Below, piece by piece: positions 40,224-50,867 of a stretch of 64,000 nt of DNA. Position numbers and translations under genes: made by a program. The notes beneath the pieces were generated by a model that made no database searches, was not told the DNA's origin, and saw nothing but the letters and a program-made list of their open reading frames with translations. Source of the DNA: Patescibacteria group bacterium (GTDB taxonomy: Bacteria > Patescibacteriota > Minisyncoccia > Phycocordibacterales > UBA918); contig JAIETH010000001.1 in NCBI GenBank assembly GCA_019745315.1, forward strand, positions 90,526-154,525. Direction: 5' to 3'. Every line of letters begins with the position of its first letter. Position 1 is the stretch's first letter.

Positions 40224-40805
40224 ATGCAGAAAAAAAAGATCTTTGTTCTTCTTGGTAATCCTGATTCAGATTCTTTTTCAGGCACAGTAGCTACGACGTA
40301 TGTTGATGCTGCAAAGGCAGCGGGGCATGAGGTTGAGCGGATTAATATTGGAGATCTTGCTTTTGATCCTATTCTTCACAAGGGATACAAAGAGATACAA
40401 GCTCTTGAGCCAGATCTTGTTCGTGTGCAGGAGGTATGGAAGTGGGCTGATCATGTAGTTATTATCTATCCGAACTGGTGGTGCACCATGCCAGCTCTTC
40501 TCAAGGGTATGTTTGATCGTATGTTCCTTCCAGGATTTGCATTTAACTTTGATAAGCAAACAAAAAAAATTATTCAAAGACTTTCTGGGAAAAGTGCGCG
40601 CGTTATTGTGCTCGCCGGAACACACAGCCCGTTTATGACCTGGTGGAAGTTTGGAGACTTTACGAACGAAATAGCAAAAGGAATCCTTGGTTTTGCAGGA
40701 ATGAAAACGAAAGTGTCCTCATATGGTCCATGCGACAAGGTGGATCAAGAATGTCGCGCGAAGTGGCTGAAAGAAGTGGCACAGCTCGGCTCGGAAGCGG
40801 TGTAG
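40224..40805 (+). CDS. flavodoxin-fold NAD(P)H oxidoreductase
   Basis: GNP...SF, LEPDL, YP.WW..MPALLKG.FDR...PGFAF. Confidence 0.9.
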   Translation: MQKKKIFVLLGNPDSDSFSGTVATTYVDAAKAAGHEVERINIGDLAFDPILHKGYKEIQALEPDLVRVQEVWKWADHVVIIYPNWWCTMPALLKGMFDRMFLPGFAFNFDKQTKKIIQRLSGKSARVIVLAGTHSPFMTWWKFGDFTNEIAKGILGFAGMKTKVSSYGPCDKVDQECRAKWLKEVAQLGSEAV

Positions 40806-40862
40806 TCACTTTATAGCTTTTTATGTGTGTGTTGTGTATAGTGCTCTCACACTTGTTTTAGT

Positions 40863-41960
40863 ATGAATATCTCTGTCGGCATTGTAGGACTCCCAAACGT
40901 TGGTAAATCAACGCTTTTTAATGCGCTCACTCGCAGCTCTGTTCCTGCCCAAAACTATCCATTTTGTACCATTGACCCTTCGGTGGGAATTGTGCCGGTT
41001 CCAGATCCACGTCTTAAGACGCTCTCTGGTATTTCAGGATCAGAGAAAACAATTCCAGCTGTTATTGAATTTGTTGATATTGCAGGTCTTGTGAAGGGTG
41101 CTTCAACAGGAGAGGGGCTCGGAAATCAATTCCTCGCTAATATCCGCGAGGTGGATATGATTGCTGAAATGGTTCGTATCTTTGAAGACGACGATATTAT
41201 TCATGTTGCCGGAGAAGTAAATCCACTTTCTGATATTGAGGTTATTAATCTTGAATTGATACTCTCTGACTCTGAGACAGTTGCGAAACGACTTGTGGCA
41301 GCGGAGCATAATGCAAAGCGCAATGATGCGCAGGCAGCAAAAGAGCTACCGGTATTTGAAAAGCTGGCAAAACACCTTGCAGCAGGGAAGCTTGCAAATA
41401 CACTTCCGCTCGAAGAGGATGAAGAAAAGATTGCATACGGTCTTCATCTCCTTACTAAAAAACCAATTCTTTATATTTTTAATAAAAAGAGTTCTGCGCA
41501 GAACCTCGACGAGCAGAATGATCCGCGATGGCAGGCGCTCATGGATATGGTTGAGGAGACCGGATCACAATATGTGGTTGTGGATGCTGGAGTTGAAGAC
41601 GATCTCAAAGACCTTGATGAGGAGGAGAAACTTGAATTCAGGCGTGAATATGCAACCTTGGATTCTGGGATCGATAATTTGATTCGTGCATGTTATGAGA
41701 AGCTTGGTCTCGCGTCATATTTCACTACAGGAGAAAAAGAGACACGTGCATGGACTATTGCGCGAGGTTCAACGGCACCAGTTGCGGGACAGGCAATCCA
41801 TACTGACTTTAAGGATAAATTTATCCGAGCACAGGTTGTTGCTTTTGAAGATTTGGTGCGTGCAGGAAGCGTTGCAGCAGCTCGTGAGACAGGAAAGCTT
41901 CGTACTGAAGGAAAAGAGTATATTGTGAAGGATGGAGACGTGATTGAGTTTTTGATTTAA
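40863..41960 (+). CDS. ychF: redox-regulated ATPase YchF
   Basis: GLPNVGKSTLFN, NYPFCTIDP, DIAGLVKGAS.GEGLGN, TGS domain. Confidence 0.96.
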   Translation: MNISVGIVGLPNVGKSTLFNALTRSSVPAQNYPFCTIDPSVGIVPVPDPRLKTLSGISGSEKTIPAVIEFVDIAGLVKGASTGEGLGNQFLANIREVDMIAEMVRIFEDDDIIHVAGEVNPLSDIEVINLELILSDSETVAKRLVAAEHNAKRNDAQAAKELPVFEKLAKHLAAGKLANTLPLEEDEEKIAYGLHLLTKKPILYIFNKKSSAQNLDEQNDPRWQALMDMVEETGSQYVVVDAGVEDDLKDLDEEEKLEFRREYATLDSGIDNLIRACYEKLGLASYFTTGEKETRAWTIARGSTAPVAGQAIHTDFKDKFIRAQVVAFEDLVRAGSVAAARETGKLRTEGKEYIVKDGDVIEFLI

Positions 41961-42073
41961 AGAAGAAATACATCCTAAAAACAGACGTTTGTGCTATTTG
42001 CGCAAACGTCTGTTTTGGTATATTACGGTACCAATGTCCAATGCCGGGCAGAGATCTTTGAGGAGATCCTCAG

Positions 42074-42739
42074 ATGACAAGGCCGAAACCCAATATCTTC
42101 GTGATGGAGAACGATGGGGCCATTCGGGTCGGGGTTCGTCCCGATGGCCCGCATGGCTTTTCTCACCGAACACGGGATCTGAAAGACAGTGTGCCTGTCT
42201 TCCTTTCCAAGAATACTCCTCCTCGCTTCAAGGGAAGGGTGCTGGTTGAAGGCATTCTCTCGAAGAGCGAGAAAGGAGTCTTTCACATATCGCAGAGGCG
42301 CTCCTGGCGCGGCGCGCTGCTTCATGTGAGGGTGAGCCCCGATTTCCTCTTTCCGTCACATGTAGGCACGCACCTGTCTGTGGAAAATGCCTATCCGGGC
42401 ATCGAACACAGTGGTGGGTTCTTCTTCCAGATGGGGAGACGTGCCTCTACGTCTCAAGTGCAGTGGGCTGCGCTTGAAGAAGGAATGTCTATCCATGTTG
42501 CCGACACTGGCGGTATTCATGTTCGATACCTCAGGGTCACATGGACGGGCGACTGGCTTCAGGTTCTGCCAGCAACAAAGGAGGGGGTCGCGCAGACGCT
42601 GGTTGATCGCCTTCTTCGGCAAAGAAATCCCACCCATGTCGCCCTGACATGGACTTATGCAACGCTCCGAAGGCTCGAATGTCGGGCGCTCTGGCCAGCG
42701 ACGCTCGAGAGACGGTTGCGGGAACTGTCGCACAGGTAA
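42074..42739 (+). CDS. hypothetical protein (stand-alone cassette)
   Basis: SD GAGGAG, terminator AATGCAC/GTGCATT-TTTT-ATTACC. Confidence 0.7.
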   Translation: MTRPKPNIFVMENDGAIRVGVRPDGPHGFSHRTRDLKDSVPVFLSKNTPPRFKGRVLVEGILSKSEKGVFHISQRRSWRGALLHVRVSPDFLFPSHVGTHLSVENAYPGIEHSGGFFFQMGRRASTSQVQWAALEEGMSIHVADTGGIHVRYLRVTWTGDWLQVLPATKEGVAQTLVDRLLRQRNPTHVALTWTYATLRRLECRALWPATLERRLRELSHR

Positions 42740-42804
42740 TGCACTCACGGGTGCATTTTTTATTACCTTTACTCGTAATCTTTTTTACAGCATAATGTAC
42801 GGAT

Positions 42805-43758
42805 ATGAATGAAAAAAATACACCGCGAGATTTTTTCTTGCACGCAGGGGCTTTTATTACTCTTTATTTTAGTGCTATTGCTCTTATCACATTACTCTTT
42901 GCGGTAATCAATCAGGCGTTCCCTGATCCACTTTCTGTACAGTACTACTACGATCCATACACAGGGCCAATACGTTTTGCAATTGCGTCCCTCTTTGTGC
43001 TTACGCCACTTACGGTCTATCTTTTTTATATAGTACAGAAAGAAGCCCGTCTCATTCCTGAACGACGCACCCTTGGTGTGCGTAAATGGTTGACGTACAT
43101 TACGCTCTTTATTGCAGGGATTACTGTAGTGGGAGATTTGATTGTATTGATCGACAGTTTTCTTGGGGGAACACTTCCGACACCATTTCTTTTGAAAGCA
43201 GCACTTCTCCTCGTGGTTATGGGTGGAGGGTTGTGGTATTTCTTGCTTGATATTCGTGGGTATTGGATGGAGCACGCTGCAGGTTCACGATATGTAGGTA
43301 TTGGAGTTCTTGGTGTGGTGTTGGGCTCTATTGTTGGAGGAATGATGCTTATCGGAAGTCCTATGATGCAGAGAGATTTGCGTATTGATAACCAGCAAGT
43401 ATCTGACCTTAGCAGTATCTCTCAGTCAGCTTTGAGCTACTGGCAGCAGACAAAGAAGATTCCAGCGACTCTCGACGCAATGGAGAATGACCTTGGATGG
43501 TACCAGATTCCAAAGAGTCCAGAAGGACAACCTGCATATGAGTATATTCCTGTAAGTGACCTCTCATTTAAGGTGTGTGCGACATTCAAGCGTGAGTCAA
43601 CAGATGACATTAATGCAAATGTAATGTACCAAGGACAAGGATTTGTTGAAGAAGGTGAACAATGGAAGCACAAAGCTGGATACACCTGCTTTACTCGCAC
43701 CATTGATCCAGCATTGTTTAATCCGATGCCAGTAGATCTTCCGGTTACACCATTGTAG
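42805..43758 (+). CDS. membrane protein (DUF5671-like)
   Basis: RKWLTY.TLFIA.....GDLI, GSP...R..R.D....DL. Confidence 0.7.
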   Translation: MNEKNTPRDFFLHAGAFITLYFSAIALITLLFAVINQAFPDPLSVQYYYDPYTGPIRFAIASLFVLTPLTVYLFYIVQKEARLIPERRTLGVRKWLTYITLFIAGITVVGDLIVLIDSFLGGTLPTPFLLKAALLLVVMGGGLWYFLLDIRGYWMEHAAGSRYVGIGVLGVVLGSIVGGMMLIGSPMMQRDLRIDNQQVSDLSSISQSALSYWQQTKKIPATLDAMENDLGWYQIPKSPEGQPAYEYIPVSDLSFKVCATFKRESTDDINANVMYQGQGFVEEGEQWKHKAGYTCFTRTIDPALFNPMPVDLPVTPL

Positions 43759-43771
43759 ACGCTCCTTATAC

Positions 43772-46219
43772 ATGCAAAAAAAGTTTGATCACGTTGCGAT
43801 AGAAAAAAAATGGCAGGAACAGTGGAAGGCGCGTGATATTTATAGAACAGAAGAAATATCAGAGAAGCCAAAAGCATATGTTCTTGATATGTTTCCGTAT
43901 CCTTCGGGAGAGGGTTTGCACGTGGGTCATCCAAAGGGCTATATAGCGACAGATGTCTATTCTCGCTTTAAGAAGATGTCAGGGTTTGAAGTATTGCATC
44001 CGATGGGATGGGATGCTTTTGGTTTGCCTGCTGAAAATTATGCAATCAAGAATAAAGTGCACCCACGAGTTGCGGTTGAGAAAAATATTGCAAACTTTAA
44101 GGCACAACTTAATCAGCTTGGTTTTAACTATGACTGGAGTCGCGAGATAAATACGACTGACCCGGAATACTATAGATGGACACAGTGGATTTTCTTAAAG
44201 CTCCTTGAGAAAGGTCTTGCGTATCAGTCATACGAGCCTATTAACTGGTGTCCTTCGTGTCAGACAGGTCTTGCGAACGAGGATCTTGAAAGTGATGGAA
44301 CCTGTGAGCGATGTGGAAGTGTGGTAGAGAAGCGTCCAATGCGACAGTGGGTGCTGAAGATTACGGAGTATGCAGATCGGATGCTTCAAGATTTAGATAG
44401 TCTGGCGTGGCCAGAGCATATCAAAAACCTTCAGCGTAACTGGATAGGTCGCTCGGTTGGAGCAGAAATTTCTTTTGCTCTTTCGACAGGAGATTCTGTG
44501 ACGGTATTTACAACCCGCCCCGATACACTCTTTGGCGCAACGTATTTGGTACTCGCTCCTGAGCATCCGCTTGTTGAAAAGCTAAAAAGCGCAAGTACAA
44601 ATGCTGAGGCTATTACGTTTTACCAGCATGAAGCTGCTCGCAAAAAAGATATTGAACGTATTGCTGAGGGGAAAGAGAAAACAGGTGTACCACTTCTCGG
44701 TGTGACCGCACAAAATCCTGCAAGTGGAGAGACTATTCCTGTCTTTATCGCTGATTATGTGCTCGGACACTATGGAACGGGGGCGATTATGGCGGTTCCT
44801 GCGCACGATGAACGTGATTTTGCATTTGCACAGAAATATGAGCTTTCTATAAAGCCTGTTGTCGAAGGAGGTGGAAATATACACTATAGTGATGTTCTGG
44901 GTGATATTGAAAAAGCTAATGCAGCTGAGACTGTAAATAATAAACCTTTTACAGGAAACGGGTATTTGATTAATTCACCAAGTTTCAATGGTCTTTCTTC
45001 AGAAGAGGCGAAGAAAAAAATTACTGAATCAGTTGGGGGAAAAGAAACGAAAACATACAAGATACGTGACTGGGTCTTTTCTCGACAGCGCTACTGGGGT
45101 GAACCAATTCCAGTTATTCATTGTGAGAAATGTGGCGTAGTACCCGTGCCAGAGAATCAGCTTCCTGTGACGTTACCTGAAGTGGAAGAGTACGCTCCAA
45201 CAGGAACAGGAGAGTCGCCTCTAGCTGATATCGAGAGTTGGGTTAATGTGCCGTGTCCTACCTGTGGAGGTCCTGGAAAACGAGAGACTAACACAATGCC
45301 ACAGTGGGCAGGGTCTTCATGGTACTACCTACGATTTATTGATCCACATAATGCATCTGCACTTGTTGATGTTGATAAAGAGAAAAAGTGGTCTCCGGTT
45401 GATGTCTATGTGGGGGGAGATCATGCAGTCCGACATCTTATCTATGCACGCTTCTGGCACAAGTTTCTTTATGACATTGGGGCGGTAAGTACTATTGAGC
45501 CATTTGCGCGTCTTGAGTTTCTTGGGTTTATTCTTGCTGAAGATGGTCGGAAGATGTCTAAGCGATGGGGGAATATCATCAATCCTTCAGTTATTGTGGA
45601 AAAGAACGGTGCCGATACCCTCAGAGTCTATGAAATGTTTATGGGGCCTTTTGAAAACACTATTGCGTGGAGTACAGAAGGGCTTATAGGAGCACAACGC
45701 TTTCTCGATCGGGTATTTGGGCTCCGTGAGCATATTACAGAGACTGAAAATACTCTGGTGACCACCCTTATACACGAAACCATTCAAAAAGTGGCGAGTG
45801 ATATTGAGCAGTTTAAGTTCAATACCGCTATTTCTGCGATGATGATCTTTTTGAACCTTGCAGAGAAGGAAGGTCTGTCGAAGGAGAGCTATATGTCGTT
45901 CTTAAAGCTCTTGGCACCATTTGCTCCCCATGTGACTGAAGAGTTGTGGGAGACTTTGGGAGAGAAAGAATCCATACATCAAGCCGTATTTCCTGTTGCT
46001 GATACATCAGTGTTGGCAAAAAAAGAAGTAACTATCGCAGTGCAGTGTAATGGAAAGATGCGAGGTGTGGTAACTGTTCCGAGTGGAAGTACTGAAGAAT
46101 ATGTGAAAAAAGCCGTCCTTTCTGACGCAGTATTGCGTGAACATGTAGAGAAAGTAGGGGAGGCCCGGGTCATCTTTGTGGAGAACAAAATAATCAGTTT
46201 TGTTGGGGTAGGGGTCTAA
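43772..46219 (+). CDS. leuS: leucine--tRNA ligase
   Basis: MFPYPSG.GLHVGH, FTTRPDT, SRQRYWGEPIP, KMSKR. Confidence 0.96.
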   Translation: MQKKFDHVAIEKKWQEQWKARDIYRTEEISEKPKAYVLDMFPYPSGEGLHVGHPKGYIATDVYSRFKKMSGFEVLHPMGWDAFGLPAENYAIKNKVHPRVAVEKNIANFKAQLNQLGFNYDWSREINTTDPEYYRWTQWIFLKLLEKGLAYQSYEPINWCPSCQTGLANEDLESDGTCERCGSVVEKRPMRQWVLKITEYADRMLQDLDSLAWPEHIKNLQRNWIGRSVGAEISFALSTGDSVTVFTTRPDTLFGATYLVLAPEHPLVEKLKSASTNAEAITFYQHEAARKKDIERIAEGKEKTGVPLLGVTAQNPASGETIPVFIADYVLGHYGTGAIMAVPAHDERDFAFAQKYELSIKPVVEGGGNIHYSDVLGDIEKANAAETVNNKPFTGNGYLINSPSFNGLSSEEAKKKITESVGGKETKTYKIRDWVFSRQRYWGEPIPVIHCEKCGVVPVPENQLPVTLPEVEEYAPTGTGESPLADIESWVNVPCPTCGGPGKRETNTMPQWAGSSWYYLRFIDPHNASALVDVDKEKKWSPVDVYVGGDHAVRHLIYARFWHKFLYDIGAVSTIEPFARLEFLGFILAEDGRKMSKRWGNIINPSVIVEKNGADTLRVYEMFMGPFENTIAWSTEGLIGAQRFLDRVFGLREHITETENTLVTTLIHETIQKVASDIEQFKFNTAISAMMIFLNLAEKEGLSKESYMSFLKLLAPFAPHVTEELWETLGEKESIHQAVFPVADTSVLAKKEVTIAVQCNGKMRGVVTVPSGSTEEYVKKAVLSDAVLREHVEKVGEARVIFVENKIISFVGVGV

Positions 46220-46294
46220 ACCTGGGTTGGGGTCAAAACTTGACGTATATTTATAAATATGATACAAACAAGCATACAACTATAAAAAACAGAT

Positions 46295-47326
46295 ATGTCT
46301 AGTATGTCATTTAAACCTAAACAAGCGACCAAAAAGCTTCTCGGAGCCCTTTCTCCTCGTGCCCAGGATGTCCTGACAAAGCGCTATGGACTTGATACCG
46401 AGGCACATTCTCATACCCTTGAGGCTATTGGACAGATCTACGGCATCACTCGCGAGCGCGTGCGTCAGATTGAGAATCACGCTCTTCACTCTATTCAGAA
46501 ATCAGATGCGTATAAAGAGTTCAAAACTCTCTTTGAGGAGCTTGAAACCGAAGTTGCACGCCTTGGACATATCATTGCTGAGCACGAACTTCTTGAAGCT
46601 TTGGGTAAGGACTCATCATCAAAAAACCACGTATTTTTCTTATTGACTCTCGGAACTCCATTTACACGCTCAAAAGAGGATGATGACTTCCATCACCGTT
46701 GGCACACAGAGCCAAAGGTTGCAGACATGGTAGAAAAAGCTCTTGCTCGTATGCACGAGTCTCTCTCTGAGGATGATCTTCTTTCAGAAGAAGATATGAT
46801 GAAGCGTTTTGTAGAGAATCTTGATGAAGCTGTTGCTCGTGAGAATGACGAAGCGACACTCTACCGATGGCTCGGACTTTCTAAGCGTATTGCAAAGAAT
46901 CCACTTGGAGAATGGGGGGTTGCCTCAAGTCCAAATGTGCGCGCAAAGGGAATTCGCGATTTCGCATACCTTGCAGTTAAGCGTCACGGTTCTCCAATGC
47001 ACTTTAGAGAAGTTGCAAAATCTATTGAAGAACTTTTTGCTCGTCAGGCTCATGTAGCAACATGTCACAATGAATTGATTAAAGATAAGCGTTTTGTACT
47101 TGTTGGACGCGGTCTTTACGCACTCACTGAATGGGGATACTCAGCAGGAGTTGTAAAGGATGTACTCCGCGAAATTCTTCGCAAAGAAGGAGCTCTTACA
47201 CGAAATGAGATTATCGATCGTGTGCGTCGCGAGCGCTATGTGAAGGACAATACTATTGTGGTAAACCTCCAAGACCTCGCCCTCTTCAAGAAGCTTTCTG
47301 ATGGACGATACGCACTTGCTGACTAA
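46295..47326 (+). CDS. sigma70 region-4 HTH fused to tandem winged-HTH domains
   Basis: TLEAIG..YGITRERVRQIE; HNELI.D.RFVLVGRG.YAL.EW. Confidence 0.8.
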   Translation: MSSMSFKPKQATKKLLGALSPRAQDVLTKRYGLDTEAHSHTLEAIGQIYGITRERVRQIENHALHSIQKSDAYKEFKTLFEELETEVARLGHIIAEHELLEALGKDSSSKNHVFFLLTLGTPFTRSKEDDDFHHRWHTEPKVADMVEKALARMHESLSEDDLLSEEDMMKRFVENLDEAVARENDEATLYRWLGLSKRIAKNPLGEWGVASSPNVRAKGIRDFAYLAVKRHGSPMHFREVAKSIEELFARQAHVATCHNELIKDKRFVLVGRGLYALTEWGYSAGVVKDVLREILRKEGALTRNEIIDRVRRERYVKDNTIVVNLQDLALFKKLSDGRYALAD

Positions 47327-47391
47327 TACTATAGACATAGCCCACACAAAAGCCTCCATGATTGGAGGCTTTTGTTATACAATAAGAGTAC

Positions 47392-48738
47392 ATGTCACAG
47401 AAAGGGAATCCTATCCAAAGCTTCCTCCATTTTTTCGATGATTTCGGACTCAATAGCGTTTGGATTTTAGTTGTATTTGGTTTTGGAATGATTGTGTTTG
47501 CGCTTTCAGTTATTCCAATACCAGCAAGTCGTTGGCTTGGTATTGCATTTGCAACGAGCCCGCTCTGGCTTCCGTACGTGCTCTTCTTTATCTTTTTTAA
47601 GAAATGGCTGTATTACATCCAGCTTCACTTTTGGCTCGCACAAGGGAGAACAACACTTGAATTACAGTTCCCACAAGAAATATTTAAGTCGCCCCTTGCT
47701 ATGGAGATGGTGTTGACGCAGATGTATCAAACTGCAAGTCCTGACAACCATATTCAGACCTATTGGGATGGGAAGCATCCTCCGACCTATGGACTTGAAA
47801 TAGTCTCAGATGGTGGACGAGTATCTTTTTATATAAATACTCCTGCAAAGAAGTTTAAAAATATGTGGGAGACGCATCTGTATGCTCAATATCCGGGCAT
47901 TATTGTGCGAGAGCTGCCGGTTGATTACACTGCGGCGGTGCCATGGGACCCAAAGCGTTTTTTGTATTTCTCCATTCACTACATGCTTAAAAAGCCTGAT
48001 GCGTATCCGATTAAAACATACATTGATTACGGACTTGATCAGGATCCAAAAGAAGAATTTAAAATTGATCCACTTGCACCAGTTATTGAAACACTTGGCT
48101 CTATCGGTCCTGGAGAAAAGATGTGGATTCAAATTCTCATCAGTGCTCACCGTAAAGAAGATTTTAAGGTAGGGAGCTTGACTGCAAAATCAGACTGGAA
48201 AGAAGCAGTCCAAAAAGAGATTGACGGTATTGCACAGCGAGACACAAAAACAAAAAAAGGTGCAGCTGAAACAGAGATGGCGCCTCGTGTGACGCCAAAA
48301 GAAAAAGATACACTCATAGCTCTTGAGCGAAGTCTTTCAAAGTATGCGTTTAATACAAAGATTCGTACGATGTATATCGCTGAGTCAGACAAAGCACTGC
48401 CAGGAGAGCGTATTGGGCCTATGGTAGGTTTTTGGCGACATCTCGATGATATCTCTCGGAATAGTATTGGTCTTATTTGGCGAACTGACGTGAACTGGCC
48501 ATTATGGCAGGATCGTTCAGGAAAGCAGCGGCTTCATATGAAGCAGGAGGAGCTTCATGAATACAAGTTGCGCGAATATGAGGAAAAAACTCCTACAGAT
48601 CATGGCTTTATTATGACCACTGAAGAATTGGCGACCCTCTTTAGACCTGTTGGTCAAACTGTTACGACCCCTACTCTTGAACGGGTTTCTTCTGCCCGCT
48701 CTGAACCTCCAGCGAATTTGCCGCGTGGTAATGTATAG
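47392..48738 (+). CDS. membrane-anchored conserved hypothetical protein resembling N-terminal domains of coupling ATPases
   Basis: YAQYP...V.E...DY, YPIKTY..., EELATLF..P. Confidence 0.55.
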   Translation: MSQKGNPIQSFLHFFDDFGLNSVWILVVFGFGMIVFALSVIPIPASRWLGIAFATSPLWLPYVLFFIFFKKWLYYIQLHFWLAQGRTTLELQFPQEIFKSPLAMEMVLTQMYQTASPDNHIQTYWDGKHPPTYGLEIVSDGGRVSFYINTPAKKFKNMWETHLYAQYPGIIVRELPVDYTAAVPWDPKRFLYFSIHYMLKKPDAYPIKTYIDYGLDQDPKEEFKIDPLAPVIETLGSIGPGEKMWIQILISAHRKEDFKVGSLTAKSDWKEAVQKEIDGIAQRDTKTKKGAAETEMAPRVTPKEKDTLIALERSLSKYAFNTKIRTMYIAESDKALPGERIGPMVGFWRHLDDISRNSIGLIWRTDVNWPLWQDRSGKQRLHMKQEELHEYKLREYEEKTPTDHGFIMTTEELATLFRPVGQTVTTPTLERVSSARSEPPANLPRGNV

Positions 48739-48741
48739 CCT

Positions 48742-49731
48742 GTGAACGAATCCATGCCTCCCTTGATTGCAGAGCGAAAATCACTGCCTACGAAAGTAGT
48801 TTTCTTTACTGTTTCTTTTCTATTGTTACTTTTTATTTTTGTGGTGGTGCGTATTAATTCAGCACCAGATGATTTTCCGATTGGCGAACGTGTAGTGATT
48901 GAAGAGGGAGCAAGCCTTAATGATATAAGTCATACGCTTGCACGTAAGAATATTGTACGCTCAGCGTTTCTCTTTAGAGGTATTGTTATTTTCTATGGCA
49001 AAGAAGAATCACTTCGTGCCGGGCCTCATGTGTTTGTCGAGCCACTCACAGCGTTTGGAGTTGCTCGCTCTTTTATACAACAATCTTCGCTTATAGCTCC
49101 TGCTCGAGTCACTATTCCTGAAGGTTCTCGTTTATCTGAGTTTGATGCGCTTCTTCATGCTGCAGTCCCTGAGATTCCGGAAGGTGCGCTTATAGAAGCG
49201 GTCGGCGGAGAAGAAGGAGTATTATTTCCGGATACGTACTTTATCCCAGAGACATATATCGTTCTTGATGTTGCGTCTCTCCTTACAGAGACATTTGCTG
49301 AAAAACTTGCGCCATATAGAGATGCCATTCTCGCATCTGGTTTCACTGAACGAGAAGTTATAATACTCGCTTCTATTCTTGAAAAAGAAGGAAGTGATGC
49401 AGAGTCTATGCGTCTCATATCAGGCATTCTTCAGAAAAGGCTCTCTATAGGAATGGCGTTACAAGTAGATGCGACATTTACCTATCTTCTTGGCAAAACA
49501 AGCGCAGAGCTGACTTTGAATGATTTAGAAATAGATTCTCCGTTTAATACCTACAACAATAGAGGATTGCCCCCATCTCCTATAGGAAGTCCAGGTATTA
49601 AAGCTATTGAGGCCGTATTGAATCCGACGGAGTCTCCATATCTCTACTATCTCACTGATGAGGACGGTGTGTTCTATTATGCAGAGACATTTGAAGAGCA
49701 TAAGAAAAATAAAGAACGTTACTTGCGGTAG
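48742..49731 (+). CDS. mltG: endolytic transglycosylase MltG
   Basis: VTIPEG, EG.LFPDTY, ASILEKE, SPFNTY...GLPPSPI. Confidence 0.9.
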   Translation: MNESMPPLIAERKSLPTKVVFFTVSFLLLLFIFVVVRINSAPDDFPIGERVVIEEGASLNDISHTLARKNIVRSAFLFRGIVIFYGKEESLRAGPHVFVEPLTAFGVARSFIQQSSLIAPARVTIPEGSRLSEFDALLHAAVPEIPEGALIEAVGGEEGVLFPDTYFIPETYIVLDVASLLTETFAEKLAPYRDAILASGFTEREVIILASILEKEGSDAESMRLISGILQKRLSIGMALQVDATFTYLLGKTSAELTLNDLEIDSPFNTYNNRGLPPSPIGSPGIKAIEAVLNPTESPYLYYLTDEDGVFYYAETFEEHKKNKERYLR

Positions 49732-49770
49732 ATTCTTGTGCTCCGTACCATTTATCGGTACTCTCTTGAT

Positions 49771-50859
49771 ATGAGCGTGGCAAAGAAAGTCGTATTTGTG
49801 GGAATGTCAGGGGGCGTTGACTCGTCTGTTTCGGCGTATCTGCTTAAACAGCAGGGCTATACGGTCGTGGGTGTTTTTATAAAGGTATGGCACCCAGATT
49901 TTTTGGAGTGTCATTGGGAACAGGAGCGGCTTGATGCTATGCGCGTTGCGGCACATCTTGAGATACCGTTTCTTACGTGTGACGCAGAAGATGCGTACAA
50001 AAAAGATGTTGCTGACTACTTTATAGCTGAATATAAAGCAGGACGAACACCTAATCCTGACGTGATGTGCAATACCTTCGTTAAGTTTGGAAGATTTTAT
50101 GAATTTGCTCGGGAGCGGGGTGCTGATTACATAGCGACAGGTCATTATGCTCGTGTGGTCAAAGATGGAGATCGGTCTGTGTTGCTTCGAGGTATAGATA
50201 CAGAAAAAGATCAGAGCTATTTTTTATGGAATATTGCGGAGGAGGCACTCTCTCACACACTTTTTCCTATTGGAGACCTTACGAAAAAAGAAGTGCGTGT
50301 CATCGCAGAGAAGGCAGGTCTTCCTACTGCAACGAAGGATGAAAGTCAAGGTGTGTGTTTCTTGGGGCATATTGATATCCCTGAATTCCTCGCTCACTTT
50401 ATTGAGTTACATGAAGGAGAAGTTCGCACTGAAGAGGGGGTGGTTATAGGTTCTCATAGAGGATCAGAGCTTTTGACTATCGGACAGCGACATGGATTTA
50501 CGATTGATACTACTCGTACGTCAAATAATTCTGAAACAGCGCCATACTATGTAATTGAGAAAGATGTGGCCACTAATACAATTACTGTCTCGCATAAAAA
50601 ACCAGAAATACACAAAGAAGGTTCACGACTCATCCTTTCATCTGCTCGGTGTGACGAAGGAGTTATCAATGCTCCAATACATGTGCAAACACGCTACAGA
50701 CAAATACCAATTCCTGCTCGTATAGAACGCATTTCAAATTCCCTCGTTGAGATTTCTCTTTCTGGGATAGCGGAGTATCCTGCTGTCGGTCAGTTTTGTG
50801 TTATATACGCAGGCGATAGAGTGTGTGGAGGTGGTATCATTGAGGACATACGAGTTTGA
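49771..50859 (+). CDS. mnmA: tRNA 2-thiouridylase
   Basis: MSGGVDSS, TPNPDVMCN, ATGHYAR, KDQSYFL, SQGVCF. Confidence 0.96.
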   Translation: MSVAKKVVFVGMSGGVDSSVSAYLLKQQGYTVVGVFIKVWHPDFLECHWEQERLDAMRVAAHLEIPFLTCDAEDAYKKDVADYFIAEYKAGRTPNPDVMCNTFVKFGRFYEFARERGADYIATGHYARVVKDGDRSVLLRGIDTEKDQSYFLWNIAEEALSHTLFPIGDLTKKEVRVIAEKAGLPTATKDESQGVCFLGHIDIPEFLAHFIELHEGEVRTEEGVVIGSHRGSELLTIGQRHGFTIDTTRTSNNSETAPYYVIEKDVATNTITVSHKKPEIHKEGSRLILSSARCDEGVINAPIHVQTRYRQIPIPARIERISNSLVEISLSGIAEYPAVGQFCVIYAGDRVCGGGIIEDIRV

Positions 50860-50867
50860 AATAATCT

